A DNA stretch of 64,000 bases, taken from the NCBI GenBank assembly GCA_964435165.1, contig CAYSXY010000003.1:20111-84110 (forward strand), in the 5' to 3' direction. This DNA comes from an uncultured Rickettsiales bacterium (GTDB lineage Bacteria; Pseudomonadota; Alphaproteobacteria; Rickettsiales; RI-342). Position numbers and translations under genes: made by a program. Below the pieces are notes generated by a model. It had not been told where the DNA came from and did not search any database. It saw only the letters and a program-made list of their open reading frames with translations. Positions 26,601-36,120 of this stretch are shown here, one piece after another (positions within the stretch are counted from its first letter, which is position 1; every line of letters begins with the position of its first letter).

Positions 26601-27824
26601 GTAGGGTTCATCCGGTTGTGGCATTTTACGCGTTAGAATATCGGTACACTGTTGATAGAATACCTGCAGTAGCGGTTGCAGACGTTGCAGGTTGTCCGGT
26701 GTCACACCACAATAGACGGTGATTTTCTTCTTCTTCCACATGGCAACATTGAAGTCACTGGACGCGGTGGCGGTATCAATCAGCGGGTTTGACCATAATT
26801 CCAGCGATGAGTTGAGTGTTGAGGACACGCCGGAGCGTTCCTTGTCGGCCTTTTGCAGGAAAGAGGCGATGTTCATGTAGCCGACAGGGTGGATTTTTTT
26901 ACCGATAGTATCCAGCACCACGGCAAGGTTGTAGGTGACGTCATCACTACGCATGGTGCGGACAATTTCGCCAAAGGATGATTTTTTCTCCGGCACAGCC
27001 ACCAGATACAGCATCACACCCAGTAACAGGGCACGTGCTTCATTCTGCCAGAATTCCTGTTCCGGTAGCAACATGTTGCACATTTTCTGACAATCATCGA
27101 CCATCTGGCCCGGTTTGGTGCTGATCCAGTCCATCGGGTTGTAGCAGTGGGTGATACCGTCCGGATCGGCTGGGTTCCAGACATAGACATCCTGGCCCTG
27201 GCTGGCGCGCCAGCCGCTGGCCAGCTCATAGTTCTCCAGCTTGATGTCGTGGACACAGGTCGATTGCTCCCAGAAGAGCAGGTTGGGAATCGCAAAACCC
27301 ACACCCTTACCGGAACCGGTTGGAGCAAAGAGCAGAATATGTTGGAATCCCCCGGCAATATAGTATTTGCCTTTTGCATATTGTCCCAGCAACACGCCTT
27401 CTTTATCCAAAAGACCTGCGCGTTTAATCTCGGACCGTGTTGCCCAGTGAGCATCACCGTGAAGAGCTTCTTCCGGCTTGAATGGGCGGAAATCAAGCAA
27501 TGGCGCGCGGGCAATGAACATGATGATGAGTGACGTCACCAGAGATGCGCCAATTGGAACGACCATTTTTGTTACAAATGGCATGTTGCTTGCGACATGG
27601 GCTTCCCAATGTTCCAATAAATAAGGGAACAGCACTTTATAGGTGTCAAAAATGCGTGAGCCGGCCAGCAGTTGTGAGCCTTGCTCCATGCCATAGACCC
27701 AAAACACACTGGCCATGGGCACGAACAATGCCGGGACGGCAAAAATCATCACAATAATCACGCCAATAAAGACGGTATTGGCGAGATCGGCCTTTTCTGA
27801 CTGCGATATATGGCGTTTGGGCAT
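23622..27824 (-). CDS. virD4: type IV coupling protein VirD4/TraG with an ~835-aa low-complexity C-terminal extension
   Basis: N-terminal TM segments, Walker A 'LFAPTGSGKGVGFAIPNLL', Walker B-like 'FLLDEFPTLG', 'RGYRVRLFLIVQD'. The conserved part ends near aa 565 ('IAYYKDSFFTKRL'). The ORF then continues uninterrupted to aa 1400. Confidence 0.9.
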   Translation of the reverse strand: MPKRHISQSEKADLANTVFIGVIIVMIFAVPALFVPMASVFWVYGMEQGSQLLAGSRIFDTYKVLFPYLLEHWEAHVASNMPFVTKMVVPIGASLVTSLIIMFIARAPLLDFRPFKPEEALHGDAHWATRSEIKRAGLLDKEGVLLGQYAKGKYYIAGGFQHILLFAPTGSGKGVGFAIPNLLFWEQSTCVHDIKLENYELASGWRASQGQDVYVWNPADPDGITHCYNPMDWISTKPGQMVDDCQKMCNMLLPEQEFWQNEARALLLGVMLYLVAVPEKKSSFGEIVRTMRSDDVTYNLAVVLDTIGKKIHPVGYMNIASFLQKADKERSGVSSTLNSSLELWSNPLIDTATASSDFNVAMWKKKKITVYCGVTPDNLQRLQPLLQVFYQQCTDILTRKMPQPDEPYGVLFLLDEFPTLGKMPQFEAGIAYFRGYRVRLFLIVQDTQQLKGIYEEAGMNSFLSNATYRITFAANNIETANLISQMIGNKTVKQESHNRPQFMDMNPASRTKHVSETQRALLLPQEVIGLPRDEEIILIESQPPIRCKKIAYYKDSFFTKRLMDPTHVPQQEPYDPRKKDGEKKDADKPDAKPDEAKQQPKAKPDDKKPEAKQSKPPAPDKGKTAPPPKETAKKVESKQDSGKANPFDLPPAAKKSDANAPKDKAAAGGSKPDKKATPFDLPPVPTKKPGADAKPEVKQQTQDKAKATPSETKGEKATAKKSANPFDLPPIPPKKKTGSTPSKTDKDKDSTAKEAANPAKETQEKNQKKPAAKANPFDLPPIPPKKKTDANTPKTSKPDESNTDDGDASSNENTNSGQDKQSVDKAAKAPAKKAANPFDLPPIPPKKKASSADTEAKESAKPQTKTANPQPAGTSAPAKKDNNDTAESNQPEETPKAKDSNAKPPEQQEKSQPKPAKDKATNPFDLPPIPQKKKVAAKTERQDNEDQADVATNNDAQSTEDESSSDNRNPAHHSDKAETPAAVETAKAGNNTAQHQTNTQTAPFGLPPIPPKAAAKKTDAPNKVAAKPATAQNKKDRAEEKPDQPSTQTKAQERQARRKQRLAAAQKRREQREKPQNASTTKPSVKEKAESMEEKPQPAAPKNKTAPKEAVKSTEGASPFGMKPGSKPPLPKPPTPKSPQQSEQSVAAPQTAQTTEKPKEEAAAAKPQAEAKSGSKPSPQNAPTAKTKAATPPAAPPSQAQKKTQASAEKPADTNSNTNQASTAKTKPSPTDKKPAAKESHGKPAAPAAATNLFSLSHKPPMPKPPAGAKSGKKAGSEAELEREAQEIAAKRQGKPARPEKFGPAIPEPKGTQDRNDQSSTDVTASESDDMESVEASAPNDTAQESANGAVEEALPTNGNSAPKPQSIMDDDDEDDDDLPVFSGNVHFPGSAQHAAPSDD
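24027..25893 (-). repeat. in-frame array of 9 peptide modules ([NT]PFDLPPIPPKKK and degenerate forms) within the virD4 tail
   Basis: Strict copies start at N645, T677, N724, N775, N836 and N922 (nt ~25893, 25796, 25655, 25502, 25319, 25061). Degenerate copies are A1002 'APFGLPPIPPK', S1118 'SPFGMKPGSKPPLPKPP' and N1252 'NLFSLSHKPPMPKPP'. Spacing is variable. Confidence 0.9.
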
Positions 27825-28044
27825 TCGGCCTGACTATCGTTTCATTCTTGCTACTATTTATGTTCCACTCTCACCAGGTGAGGCGGTTTGGTTCTGCTGC
27901 GCTCTTTCTCAGCCAATCAATGCTAAAGCAATTATATTACAGTTCTGTAAAATGGAGAGGAGTAATCCTTAACGATTACGAAAGGAAATAAAATGGGTTA
28001 ATGCAATCAACCCTTTGTATTATATTTTTAATTAAGTATGGGTT

Positions 28045-29028
28045 TTAGGTGGGATTAAAGTAGATCTCCGAGACATAACGTACGCCGCGCTGACCACGCT
28101 TTAGCTGCACGACCACATTGATCACGCTATGGACATATTCGTGAATTTGTTCACGAGTAATGCCGAGCCCGGCCTGCATGACCATCAAAATCAACTGTTC
28201 AAATGCAAGAGATGGCGCATCGGCGTGGAGGGTCGAAATAGAACCCGGGTGACCGGTGTTGATGGCGCGCAGAAAGCTGAAGGCTTCCGCGCCGCGCAAC
28301 TCACCCACAATGATACGGTCTGGCCGCAGACGCAGGCAGGCTTCAATTAAATCCTGCATGCTCACTTTAGAGCGCCCCTGATCCCCTTTTGAGGCCAGCA
28401 AATGCACGCGATTGGGCAGGTGCTCCAGCATCATTTCCCGCGCATCCTCACAGGTAATGATGCGTTCTTCTATGGGAATGACTTTGAGCAGGGCGCTCAT
28501 AAAGGTTGTTTTACCCGTCGATGTACCGCCACTGACAATGATGTTCTTTTTCGCACATACAGCTTCGATCAGAAATTGCTTAATATCGCCAGCATCAAGC
28601 AAGCGTCGCAGCCTTTTATTCGCCTTATCTTCTTCTTCGCGAACCGAGGTGCTTTGGAATGCGCCTAAAGCTTCATAATCATCCAGATCGAAATCCAGAA
28701 TGGTTTGCTTACGGATGGACATGGCAATCGTTCCAGCTTCACAGGCCGGTGGGAAAATGACCTGAATACGATAACCGGCAGGCAGGGTTGCGGAGAGTAC
28801 CGGTTTTTCTTCACTGATCATCTGTTCGGTCGATTGAGCAACCAGACGTCCCATTTGTTTCAGGTGATCCAGAGTGAGGTCCGGCACTTTTTCTTCGCGC
28901 ATCGTACCGAATGTTTCTACCCAGATTTGGCCTGGGCGGTTGATGGATATCTCGCTGACACCGGCTTCTTCAAAGAAAGGTTCCAGTGGCGCTAGGTATG
29001 TCTGGAGCGCGGTGACATTAACGCTCAT
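28045..29028 (-). CDS. virB11: T4SS ATPase VirB11
   Basis: Walker A 'SGGTSTGKTT', 'RPDRIIVGELRG', 'NTGHPGSISTLHA'. Confidence 0.9.
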   Translation of the reverse strand: MSVNVTALQTYLAPLEPFFEEAGVSEISINRPGQIWVETFGTMREEKVPDLTLDHLKQMGRLVAQSTEQMISEEKPVLSATLPAGYRIQVIFPPACEAGTIAMSIRKQTILDFDLDDYEALGAFQSTSVREEEDKANKRLRRLLDAGDIKQFLIEAVCAKKNIIVSGGTSTGKTTFMSALLKVIPIEERIITCEDAREMMLEHLPNRVHLLASKGDQGRSKVSMQDLIEACLRLRPDRIIVGELRGAEAFSFLRAINTGHPGSISTLHADAPSLAFEQLILMVMQAGLGITREQIHEYVHSVINVVVQLKRGQRGVRYVSEIYFNPT

Positions 29029-30245
29029 CGGACGAAATAGGCCCTGCCACCATAGGGACTTGCAAAGCGCAGATCCTGATTAACGAAGACTTTTACAATC
29101 GTGCCCTGATCAATGGTAATGGTTGGCATCAACTGTAGTAAATTACCAAAGAGAAGGTTTGATGCCGCTCCCAGATTATCCATTAATTCTTCGGAGGCCA
29201 TACTCATCGGAGATTCTTCGGTTTGTGTATTACCGCCTGCCGAGGTCGTTGTTCTTGTATTGGCTTCATCCCCGGCTAATGCTTGTATCAATGTTGCCGT
29301 TCCAAGCGTGACAGAGCTGATGAGGACAGCACCAGAGAATATTTCCATATATTTATTATCTACGAGACCTTCAACGCCAGCACGGCCGAGTGCATCAACG
29401 CCTGGCGATTTGAGCATTACATCGACCCCGTCAGGTCGAATAATGCGTGTCCAGACAATAAAAACGCGTTTTTGGCCACGGCGAATGCCAACATTATAGG
29501 TGCCAAGCAATCGCGATCCTTTTGGAATCATGATATCTTCACCTGCTTCAGCAAATATATCCTGACTAACGACAGCGCGAATGGGGCCTGGTAAGTCGGT
29601 ATTAATCGCCGTTTCCAATACGGCATCAATGATTTTGCCTTGCCCGATGACGTAATTCAATCCGCCAACCAGCCCCGATTCCTCTTCGTCTGATTCGGAG
29701 GTACGTTCAATATAGTCGGAGAACGCATAGTTTGGATCATCTAACCCTGCAGGACGGCGGACATTATCGTCGCGATCCCGGCGGCTACGACGTTCCGACA
29801 TGATCACGCTATCGGACTTCCAGCGTTTAAGCCGTTCTTTCATATCCGGGCCACGGAACTCTACCTTGTCCGGCGCTGCGGTAATCTCTGGCGGTGGTGG
29901 CGGTGGAGGTGGCGGTGGAGGTGGCGGTGGTTCCGGTATCGCATTACGCCCTGACGTTGGTGCGGGCGGAAGAATTTCACCGCGGCTCGTGGAAATTCGG
30001 GAGGGACGGAGATCTTCATCTACTTCTTCGTCACCCCCGCCACTGAAAAGCAGGCTATAGATGACGTATAACCCGACAACAGCAAGAAGGATGATGACAA
30101 TCAGCGTTTTGCCAGGCGCGCTGGCAACGGCAGGCTTATCTTCATCGGGTGGCATCCCGATATCTTCATCTCCTGCAAATTCAGGAAATTCGTTTGAGCC
30201 CTCCTGCTCCGGATCTTGTTCTGGCGGTAGATTTTCGTTGCTCAT
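29025..30245 (-). CDS. virB10: T4SS protein VirB10
   Basis: N-terminal TM segment, a 14-proline run, and the C-terminal TrbI/VirB10 domain ('AVLETAINTDLPGPIRAVV', 'GVDALGRAGVEGLVDNKY'). Confidence 0.9.
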   Translation of the reverse strand: MSNENLPPEQDPEQEGSNEFPEFAGDEDIGMPPDEDKPAVASAPGKTLIVIILLAVVGLYVIYSLLFSGGGDEEVDEDLRPSRISTSRGEILPPAPTSGRNAIPEPPPPPPPPPPPPPPEITAAPDKVEFRGPDMKERLKRWKSDSVIMSERRSRRDRDDNVRRPAGLDDPNYAFSDYIERTSESDEEESGLVGGLNYVIGQGKIIDAVLETAINTDLPGPIRAVVSQDIFAEAGEDIMIPKGSRLLGTYNVGIRRGQKRVFIVWTRIIRPDGVDVMLKSPGVDALGRAGVEGLVDNKYMEIFSGAVLISSVTLGTATLIQALAGDEANTRTTTSAGGNTQTEESPMSMASEELMDNLGAASNLLFGNLLQLMPTITIDQGTIVKVFVNQDLRFASPYGGRAYFVR

Positions 30246-30253
30246 ACGAACCT

Positions 30254-31087
30254 CTAAAACCCTGCGGCAAGTGACTCGTTAAAGACACATACCACTTCGT
30301 TGCCACTGCGGATGGAATAGCGTGATGAGACAGAGGGTATCGTGATCATATTGCCCTGCATATTTTGCTGAACCGGAATTTCGATACCATCGGCACCCAC
30401 CAGGAAAATAGACGGCGGCAGGGTGTTGGGGGCAAAATGGAAATAGGTGCTATACCCATCATCATAGACTTTCAGCGGTGCAGCCACTCCCTGTCCGCTG
30501 ATGCTATAATTGGTGTTGTAGGTTTGATTGACTGCCTGCGGGATAACCGGTTGCTGAACTTCCATGGCGACTGGCTGGCTGACACTGTCCCACTCTTCTT
30601 CCGGATAGTAAAAGCGTATGACATATGACAGGTTGGGCAGCACTTTTTCGATTTCGGCATTCCGATGTATATCAGCCGTTTGGGCGGCATCTTCCCCTTC
30701 TTCCTCATGATTGAAATGGAAGGAAGCATACGATAATCGTGGTGCAATTAAGTCAAATTGATAAATGCGCTTATTGGTGATCACCGTCATATTGGTGCGG
30801 GTGTCATGTGTAAGCGGTCGAATAAACAGGTGGCGACCGGCGGGGATAATGCGCCAGGTTGATTGATCGCCGACAGAAATGGTACGTACTTTTTCGAATT
30901 TGCCAAATTCAATATTGGATTGAAAGCCAAAATGTGTAGTGATGTTAAACACCTCATTGGGATTGTAGACGAGCGTTTTAATACGCGTGTCCGATACCAC
31001 CGGGAGGTGATTTGCCTGATAGGCATGAGCACCGAGAGGCAAGGTGATAAGCAGACAGGCGATGAGTGATCGAATGGACACCATCAT
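30254..31087 (-). CDS. virB9: T4SS protein VirB9
   Basis: Signal peptide, then 'DTRIKTLVYNPNEVFNITTHFGFQSNIEF' and 'TNMTVITNKRIYQFDL' (VirB9/TrbG/CagX family). Confidence 0.85.
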   Translation of the reverse strand: MMVSIRSLIACLLITLPLGAHAYQANHLPVVSDTRIKTLVYNPNEVFNITTHFGFQSNIEFGKFEKVRTISVGDQSTWRIIPAGRHLFIRPLTHDTRTNMTVITNKRIYQFDLIAPRLSYASFHFNHEEEGEDAAQTADIHRNAEIEKVLPNLSYVIRFYYPEEEWDSVSQPVAMEVQQPVIPQAVNQTYNTNYSISGQGVAAPLKVYDDGYSTYFHFAPNTLPPSIFLVGADGIEIPVQQNMQGNMITIPSVSSRYSIRSGNEVVCVFNESLAAGF

Positions 31088-31800
31088 GATGAGACGACCT
31101 CCTCTTCAATCGCATAGCTGGTGACAAAAAACCCGAGTGGGTTGATGTATAATTCTTCCCGATCAAGTTCTATATTGGCAAATTCAAAGGACATGTAGAC
31201 GATCATATGACGATCGGGAATACCGCCAGCCGTTGCATCTTTATGCTTCGCCCCGGTCGTATATAGTTTGATGCGGGCCTGAGCCGTGTTCTCCGTAATA
31301 AAGGTGATGGATTTGAACTGTACATTCAGTGCCGTGTGCCGGGCATATTTCTGAATGGGGTCATCCGGATTATCCGGGTTGAATTTGCGCTTATAATCTC
31401 TGAACAGGCCCTGTTCGGTCATCAACTGGACGATACGGTATTTTTGCTCAAAGCTTGCTGCATCGTATCCTTCCCGCGCATTGATATACTTCACGACAAA
31501 ATAGCGTTTGATGGCGTCATCGGCGGTCAGTGATTGCTTATCTTCGGATTGTACGGCGACGGCGTACCCGGTTTTTTCATCAAATTGAATGACAAATGGC
31601 TTTACTGTTTTTTGCGGTGTCAGCAGCGATACCGACCAGGCGGCCAGCAGTGTTGTGATTAAGGAGGCAAGGGTGACCACAGCAAGAAAGTTTCGCTGAA
31701 CGCGAATGGTTTCGTAGCGATCTTCATACCAGGTTTTTGATTCCTGCTTATGGCTACTGGCGTTTTCCGCTTTTTTGCTGCGAAGATTGCTTAAATCCAA
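31084..31800 (-). CDS. virB8: T4SS protein VirB8
   Basis: 'SKTWYEDRYETIRVQRN', a single TM segment, and an NTF2-like C-terminal domain ('YFVVKYINAREGYD'). The only in-frame start is TTG at 31800, with no clear SD. Confidence 0.8.
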   Translation of the reverse strand: MDLSNLRSKKAENASSHKQESKTWYEDRYETIRVQRNFLAVVTLASLITTLLAAWSVSLLTPQKTVKPFVIQFDEKTGYAVAVQSEDKQSLTADDAIKRYFVVKYINAREGYDAASFEQKYRIVQLMTEQGLFRDYKRKFNPDNPDDPIQKYARHTALNVQFKSITFITENTAQARIKLYTTGAKHKDATAGGIPDRHMIVYMSFEFANIELDREELYINPLGFFVTSYAIEEEVVSS

Positions 31801-31979
31801 GGGTCAATACTCACATTCTATCCTAGCGTTATGGGGAACAGTAGAAATAAAAAGTTAGTAGATAGTTACTTTTAACACTCTTTTCCGTGAAGACGATCAA
31901 TTTATAACCATTCCAACGTAATACTCAGACTTTATGTGTGATGGTTATTCAGTGACAGAATTGATGACCGGACTAATGA

Positions 31980-33455
31980 TCAGTTCGGGAAGAAGCGTGT
32001 TGTCAGGCCGCGTTCAAAGGCATGTTGGAACGTTCGCAAGCCATTTTGCAGTGCCGGCACACCGCCCTCGCGTGAGTTCTGAATACCCTGGATCATAAAG
32101 GGTACATCATCCATGACAGGTGCACGGACTGCAGCACCGGAGGGACGGAATGAACCTTCACTAACATTACCACCGCCGATTTTAATGGCGCGGGAGGCCG
32201 ACGATAACTGCCTGGCCACTTCCGGGACGATATCGAGGAAGGTGATGGTTGCCAGGTTCAACATCCCCATTGCAAACAGCCCTGCCATGACCTGGCTGAC
32301 TTCGCCGACACCATTGGTCCAGGTAGTGCCTGGGTCGACATAGCAATTAGTACAGGTGTTGGGGTCCTGTGTCGGATCGAGCATGAAGACCGCATTAGCC
32401 TGCAGGATGTTGACGTTACTGGCATGGGCGTCCTGCTCCAGGATATTGGTTTGTGCCAGAAGATCATCGGCTGTGGGGAAGGTATCGATAATATTCTCAA
32501 TATAGGCTTCGGCCAACATCAGATAGGCAAAGATAAACACCGGTTGCAATGCAAAGGATACGACCTGCTGCAGCCACTTTTCAAACATGTGATTTGTGCT
32601 TTTGAAGAGCGCCATGCTGATAAAAATTGGGGCGAGCATCAGATAAAAGGTCAGCCCGACGATGGCAATCAGGTAGGTAAGAACCGTGCGGGCAAATACG
32701 AAGAACGTCATGACGGCGATAGAGACCATGCCGCCGCCGAGCAACGCGCCGCCCGGAATGGTGCTGCTCATGGTGAACAAGCCGGTGATCATGGTGAGCA
32801 GACGACCGCTTTCATTCGATTGATTCGTAGCAAAAATGCGGTTGGCCAGGCAATCCAGGTTATGCATGATGCTGAATTTATAATCAGCCGGCAGCGGGTC
32901 GGGTAATTCGCAAAGTAAATTGACGCCGGCGCCGGAAGTGACGATATCAATGCCGTCATTGAGCACGGCCATGTAGAATTCGTACATGATATCAATACCA
33001 AAATCGGCATTGGTAGCAAACAGCCAGACCAATAGAATTTTGAAGACATTGGTTGAGACTTCTTTCAGGGTCATTTGTGTCATGCCGATGGCAAACATGA
33101 TGCCGACAACCATGATGTAGAGAACGATGGCGGCACCTAACGGTTCCTGAATGCATTCACTGATCTGAATCCACAGTTCGTAAAAGACTTCCCGCATGAT
33201 GGTTTCGATCGTACAAACGGTCGCAGAGAATACGCGTGCAACGATTTTCAAGCCATCTTCATTGGCACTGGCATCGGTTTCGTTAATGACGCCAAAGGGC
33301 ACCATATTACAGGTAATCGGTACATCTGGCGGTGCGGATGCCGCGGGCGCACATTGGGCAAATACCGGTTCAGAAAGCAGCAATATGCCGAAGAATATTG
33401 TTGTTATCGACCAGAAACGAATGATTCTATGTGCATAGGCGGAAAATGAAACCAT
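31980..33455 (-). CDS. virB6: T4SS inner-membrane protein VirB6/TrbL family (extended, 491 aa)
   Basis: Signal peptide plus 5 or more TM segments. Called from its position between virB4 and virB8 and a TrbL/VirB6-like hydrophobic core. No sharp motif. Confidence 0.7.
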   Translation of the reverse strand: MVSFSAYAHRIIRFWSITTIFFGILLLSEPVFAQCAPAASAPPDVPITCNMVPFGVINETDASANEDGLKIVARVFSATVCTIETIMREVFYELWIQISECIQEPLGAAIVLYIMVVGIMFAIGMTQMTLKEVSTNVFKILLVWLFATNADFGIDIMYEFYMAVLNDGIDIVTSGAGVNLLCELPDPLPADYKFSIMHNLDCLANRIFATNQSNESGRLLTMITGLFTMSSTIPGGALLGGGMVSIAVMTFFVFARTVLTYLIAIVGLTFYLMLAPIFISMALFKSTNHMFEKWLQQVVSFALQPVFIFAYLMLAEAYIENIIDTFPTADDLLAQTNILEQDAHASNVNILQANAVFMLDPTQDPNTCTNCYVDPGTTWTNGVGEVSQVMAGLFAMGMLNLATITFLDIVPEVARQLSSASRAIKIGGGNVSEGSFRPSGAAVRAPVMDDVPFMIQGIQNSREGGVPALQNGLRTFQHAFERGLTTRFFPN

Positions 33456-33583
33456 ATCCCATTATATCGCTGAAATATTACAATTATGTTTTTGTGTTCA
33501 TCTTTATTTATTCCATGTCTCCACACGGTGTTTAGCTGGCGGAATATGTCGGTTTTACACGGTTAAAGCATGAGTCATCGGTA

Positions 33584-35992
33584 TCAGCCGATGGTCATTC
33601 CCGTTAATTTTTCGATATATACCGGCAACCAGTTCATTGGGTCTTCTCCCGTCTCTTCAATAATGGCGTCGTAGAGTTGTATCATCTCTTCTGTGGATGA
33701 CAGAACGGCGAGTAAATCAGGTGCTTCTGCCAGATTGAGCGATGAAACAACGGCTTTTCCACCGTGTTTGAGTAAGAATTGTCGTTCATCGCTGCGCATA
33801 CGGTTAAGTAGTGCATATTCAACCTGCGTCAGTCCAAACACTTCCCGGTAAGCCGGGGTTGCAAGGCGGTTGGGAAAGTAAATTTCGGTGCTGATATGGC
33901 GCATAATATCCTGGCTGATGGCACTTTCGCTTGCATCCTCTACACTTTCGGTTGCCAAAATGGCCATGGCATTATTTGCTTGCAATAAATCCAGCCAGGC
34001 ATGGATTTTAGGGGCAAACAGCTCATTATCCAGCATTTCCCAGGCTTCATCGAGCACCATCATGGTGCGTGTTCCGTCTAACATCAGGCTGATGCGATAG
34101 AATAAATATTCCAGAGCGGGTTTTAACGGGCCGTTTTCACGGATGATGTTGCCCATTTCAAATCCATAAGCCATCCCATTCAGATCAAGATTATCCACCG
34201 GATGATCGAATAAATAGGCGAACTGGCCATTTCCATGCCAGGGTTGAAGCAGCTTATATAATCGTGATGCTCCCTGCTGTTGAAAGAAATGTGCAATGGT
34301 GGTTAGTCTTTTTTGTTCCTCCGGCATCTCAGCGCAATGGGCTACGGCTTCATGTAATACGGCAAATTCTTCTTCATCCAGATATTCGCCGCTACTTGTT
34401 AACATGGACCAGAGCCACTCGGCCAGAAACCCACGTGTTTGATCACTATCTGCCAGTAATAGCGGATTCATGGTCAGCTTTCCGGCTTTGGAATCGATCA
34501 CCAGCTTGTGATACTCGCCGCCTATTGCGCGAATAAAGACTTCCGAGCCACGCTCTTTATCAAAGAAAAATAATCGGCAGTCATATTTGCGTGCCTGGCA
34601 GCATAAAAAATTGAGCATAACGGTTTTACCGGAGCCGAAGGGGCCTATAATCGTGGTGTGGCCGTTATCACCATTGTGAAAGTTGAAAAAATAGGGAGTA
34701 CGAGCAGCCGTGTAAAAAATCGTGGTGGCCGGGCCCCACAGATTGCCGTTTACCTGCCCGGCAGGAAAGTTATACAGGGATGCAAATCCCGCGATGCGCG
34801 CCGTATTGATTGGTTTGAGTCGTTTAACAAAGGCAAAGTTGCTCGGAAGCATGGACCAGTAGCATTCTTCCATCCGCAAATCTTCGCGCATGGCAACGAT
34901 GCCCAGATTTTTGAGGGTGTTAAAGGCGTGGGTGACGTCTTTTTCCAATGATTCTACACTGTCATTAAGCATCATGATATTGATCTGATTTTCGCCATAA
35001 TCAATTTCATGGCCACGGTCACTATTGAGGATATCATCCAGGCCTGAGTCTTTGGCAAGCTCAGACTCCTCGGCCATACTGTTCATTTTTTTCTGATAGA
35101 CGAAATGTGATTTGACCCGTTTGGGGTTAATAAAATCAATGCACTGGGAAATAATAAATTCCATTGGCAGCTGTAAAAACTGATCCAGTGAATTTAAGGC
35201 GAGCTCGCGATATTCCTTGATGGTCATTACGGCACCATGGTGACGGCCAGTCGCTCCACGTACTTCAAAACGGTTAAAGCCGAAAAATAACTGGTGACTT
35301 GGTAATTGTCTCGATACGTCCTGATTGCCGACCGGAAACGGTTCTTGTTGCAGGTTGATGATTTTGCTGACGAATTCCATCATCTCAGAATGATAGATGC
35401 CATTGCGATCGACGATTTCCAGCCGCCTTGCGCCAAACTCCTGTAATGAATGCAGCATCTTGGAGACTGTGTTATCCAGGCAGCGATGTGCTTCTTCCAG
35501 AAAGTTGAGCCTGTTTTTACGATCAAGTCCGGGCACCAGGGCGCGCATAAATTGTGCCGGGTTGGTAATGCTGGCGTTTTGCCCCTCTCGTACGACGGTA
35601 ATGTAAAGCTCGTTGACATATTTTTTGTCCCACTGATTCAGCTCCCGCCAGCGATTATCCAGGTAATGAGAAAATCCGGGGGGGAATTCACCGCCGGGAT
35701 CCAGGCTTTTGCGGCGGCGAAAGGTATGAAACCACAGGGCGTAGGATTTAGAATCCACGCTGCCGAAAATTGCTTTGCGCACCGCTTCACGCAGTGGAAT
35801 TTTTTTCTGACTCACATCTTCTGATGAGAATCCGGTAATTTTAATGGTTTGAAGTAATTCACCGTTCTTGGTCAGAACGGTGGCTTTGTCATAATGACAA
35901 CAATAGGGAATGAAGTCTGCAGCGTTGACTTCATTCGTATCTTTTGTTGCTTGCGACTGCGTATGGGGTGAAGCGCCAGCTTGCATAAGCAT
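33584..35992 (-). CDS. virB4: T4SS ATPase VirB4
   Basis: 802 aa. Walker A 'IGPFGSGKTV', Walker B 'MMVLDEAW', N-terminal 'YDKATVLTKNGELLQTIKITG'. Confidence 0.95.
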   Translation of the reverse strand: MLMQAGASPHTQSQATKDTNEVNAADFIPYCCHYDKATVLTKNGELLQTIKITGFSSEDVSQKKIPLREAVRKAIFGSVDSKSYALWFHTFRRRKSLDPGGEFPPGFSHYLDNRWRELNQWDKKYVNELYITVVREGQNASITNPAQFMRALVPGLDRKNRLNFLEEAHRCLDNTVSKMLHSLQEFGARRLEIVDRNGIYHSEMMEFVSKIINLQQEPFPVGNQDVSRQLPSHQLFFGFNRFEVRGATGRHHGAVMTIKEYRELALNSLDQFLQLPMEFIISQCIDFINPKRVKSHFVYQKKMNSMAEESELAKDSGLDDILNSDRGHEIDYGENQINIMMLNDSVESLEKDVTHAFNTLKNLGIVAMREDLRMEECYWSMLPSNFAFVKRLKPINTARIAGFASLYNFPAGQVNGNLWGPATTIFYTAARTPYFFNFHNGDNGHTTIIGPFGSGKTVMLNFLCCQARKYDCRLFFFDKERGSEVFIRAIGGEYHKLVIDSKAGKLTMNPLLLADSDQTRGFLAEWLWSMLTSSGEYLDEEEFAVLHEAVAHCAEMPEEQKRLTTIAHFFQQQGASRLYKLLQPWHGNGQFAYLFDHPVDNLDLNGMAYGFEMGNIIRENGPLKPALEYLFYRISLMLDGTRTMMVLDEAWEMLDNELFAPKIHAWLDLLQANNAMAILATESVEDASESAISQDIMRHISTEIYFPNRLATPAYREVFGLTQVEYALLNRMRSDERQFLLKHGGKAVVSSLNLAEAPDLLAVLSSTEEMIQLYDAIIEETGEDPMNWLPVYIEKLTGMTIG

Positions 35993-36120
35993 GTGAGATA
36001 CGCGAACGAGTTAAAAAATATACCGTATTTGAGTATAATCGGAAGCTGTTACTGAAAGGTTGTCATGAATCATTTATTTCATGACATTACCGACATATTA
36101 AGCGAAATTGGATGTTCGCC

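Noticed and set aside
31801-31979. Possible small virB7 lipoprotein gene in the virB6-virB8 gap
   Set aside because: Hand translation of the minus strand gives only ORFs of 23 codons or fewer, none with a signal peptide or lipobox.
33584-35992. Possible VirB3-VirB4 fusion that would explain the missing virB3
   Set aside because: The length (802 aa) is normal for stand-alone VirB4. The N terminus ('MLMQAGASPHTQSQATKDTNEV...') is polar and has no VirB3-like TM segments.
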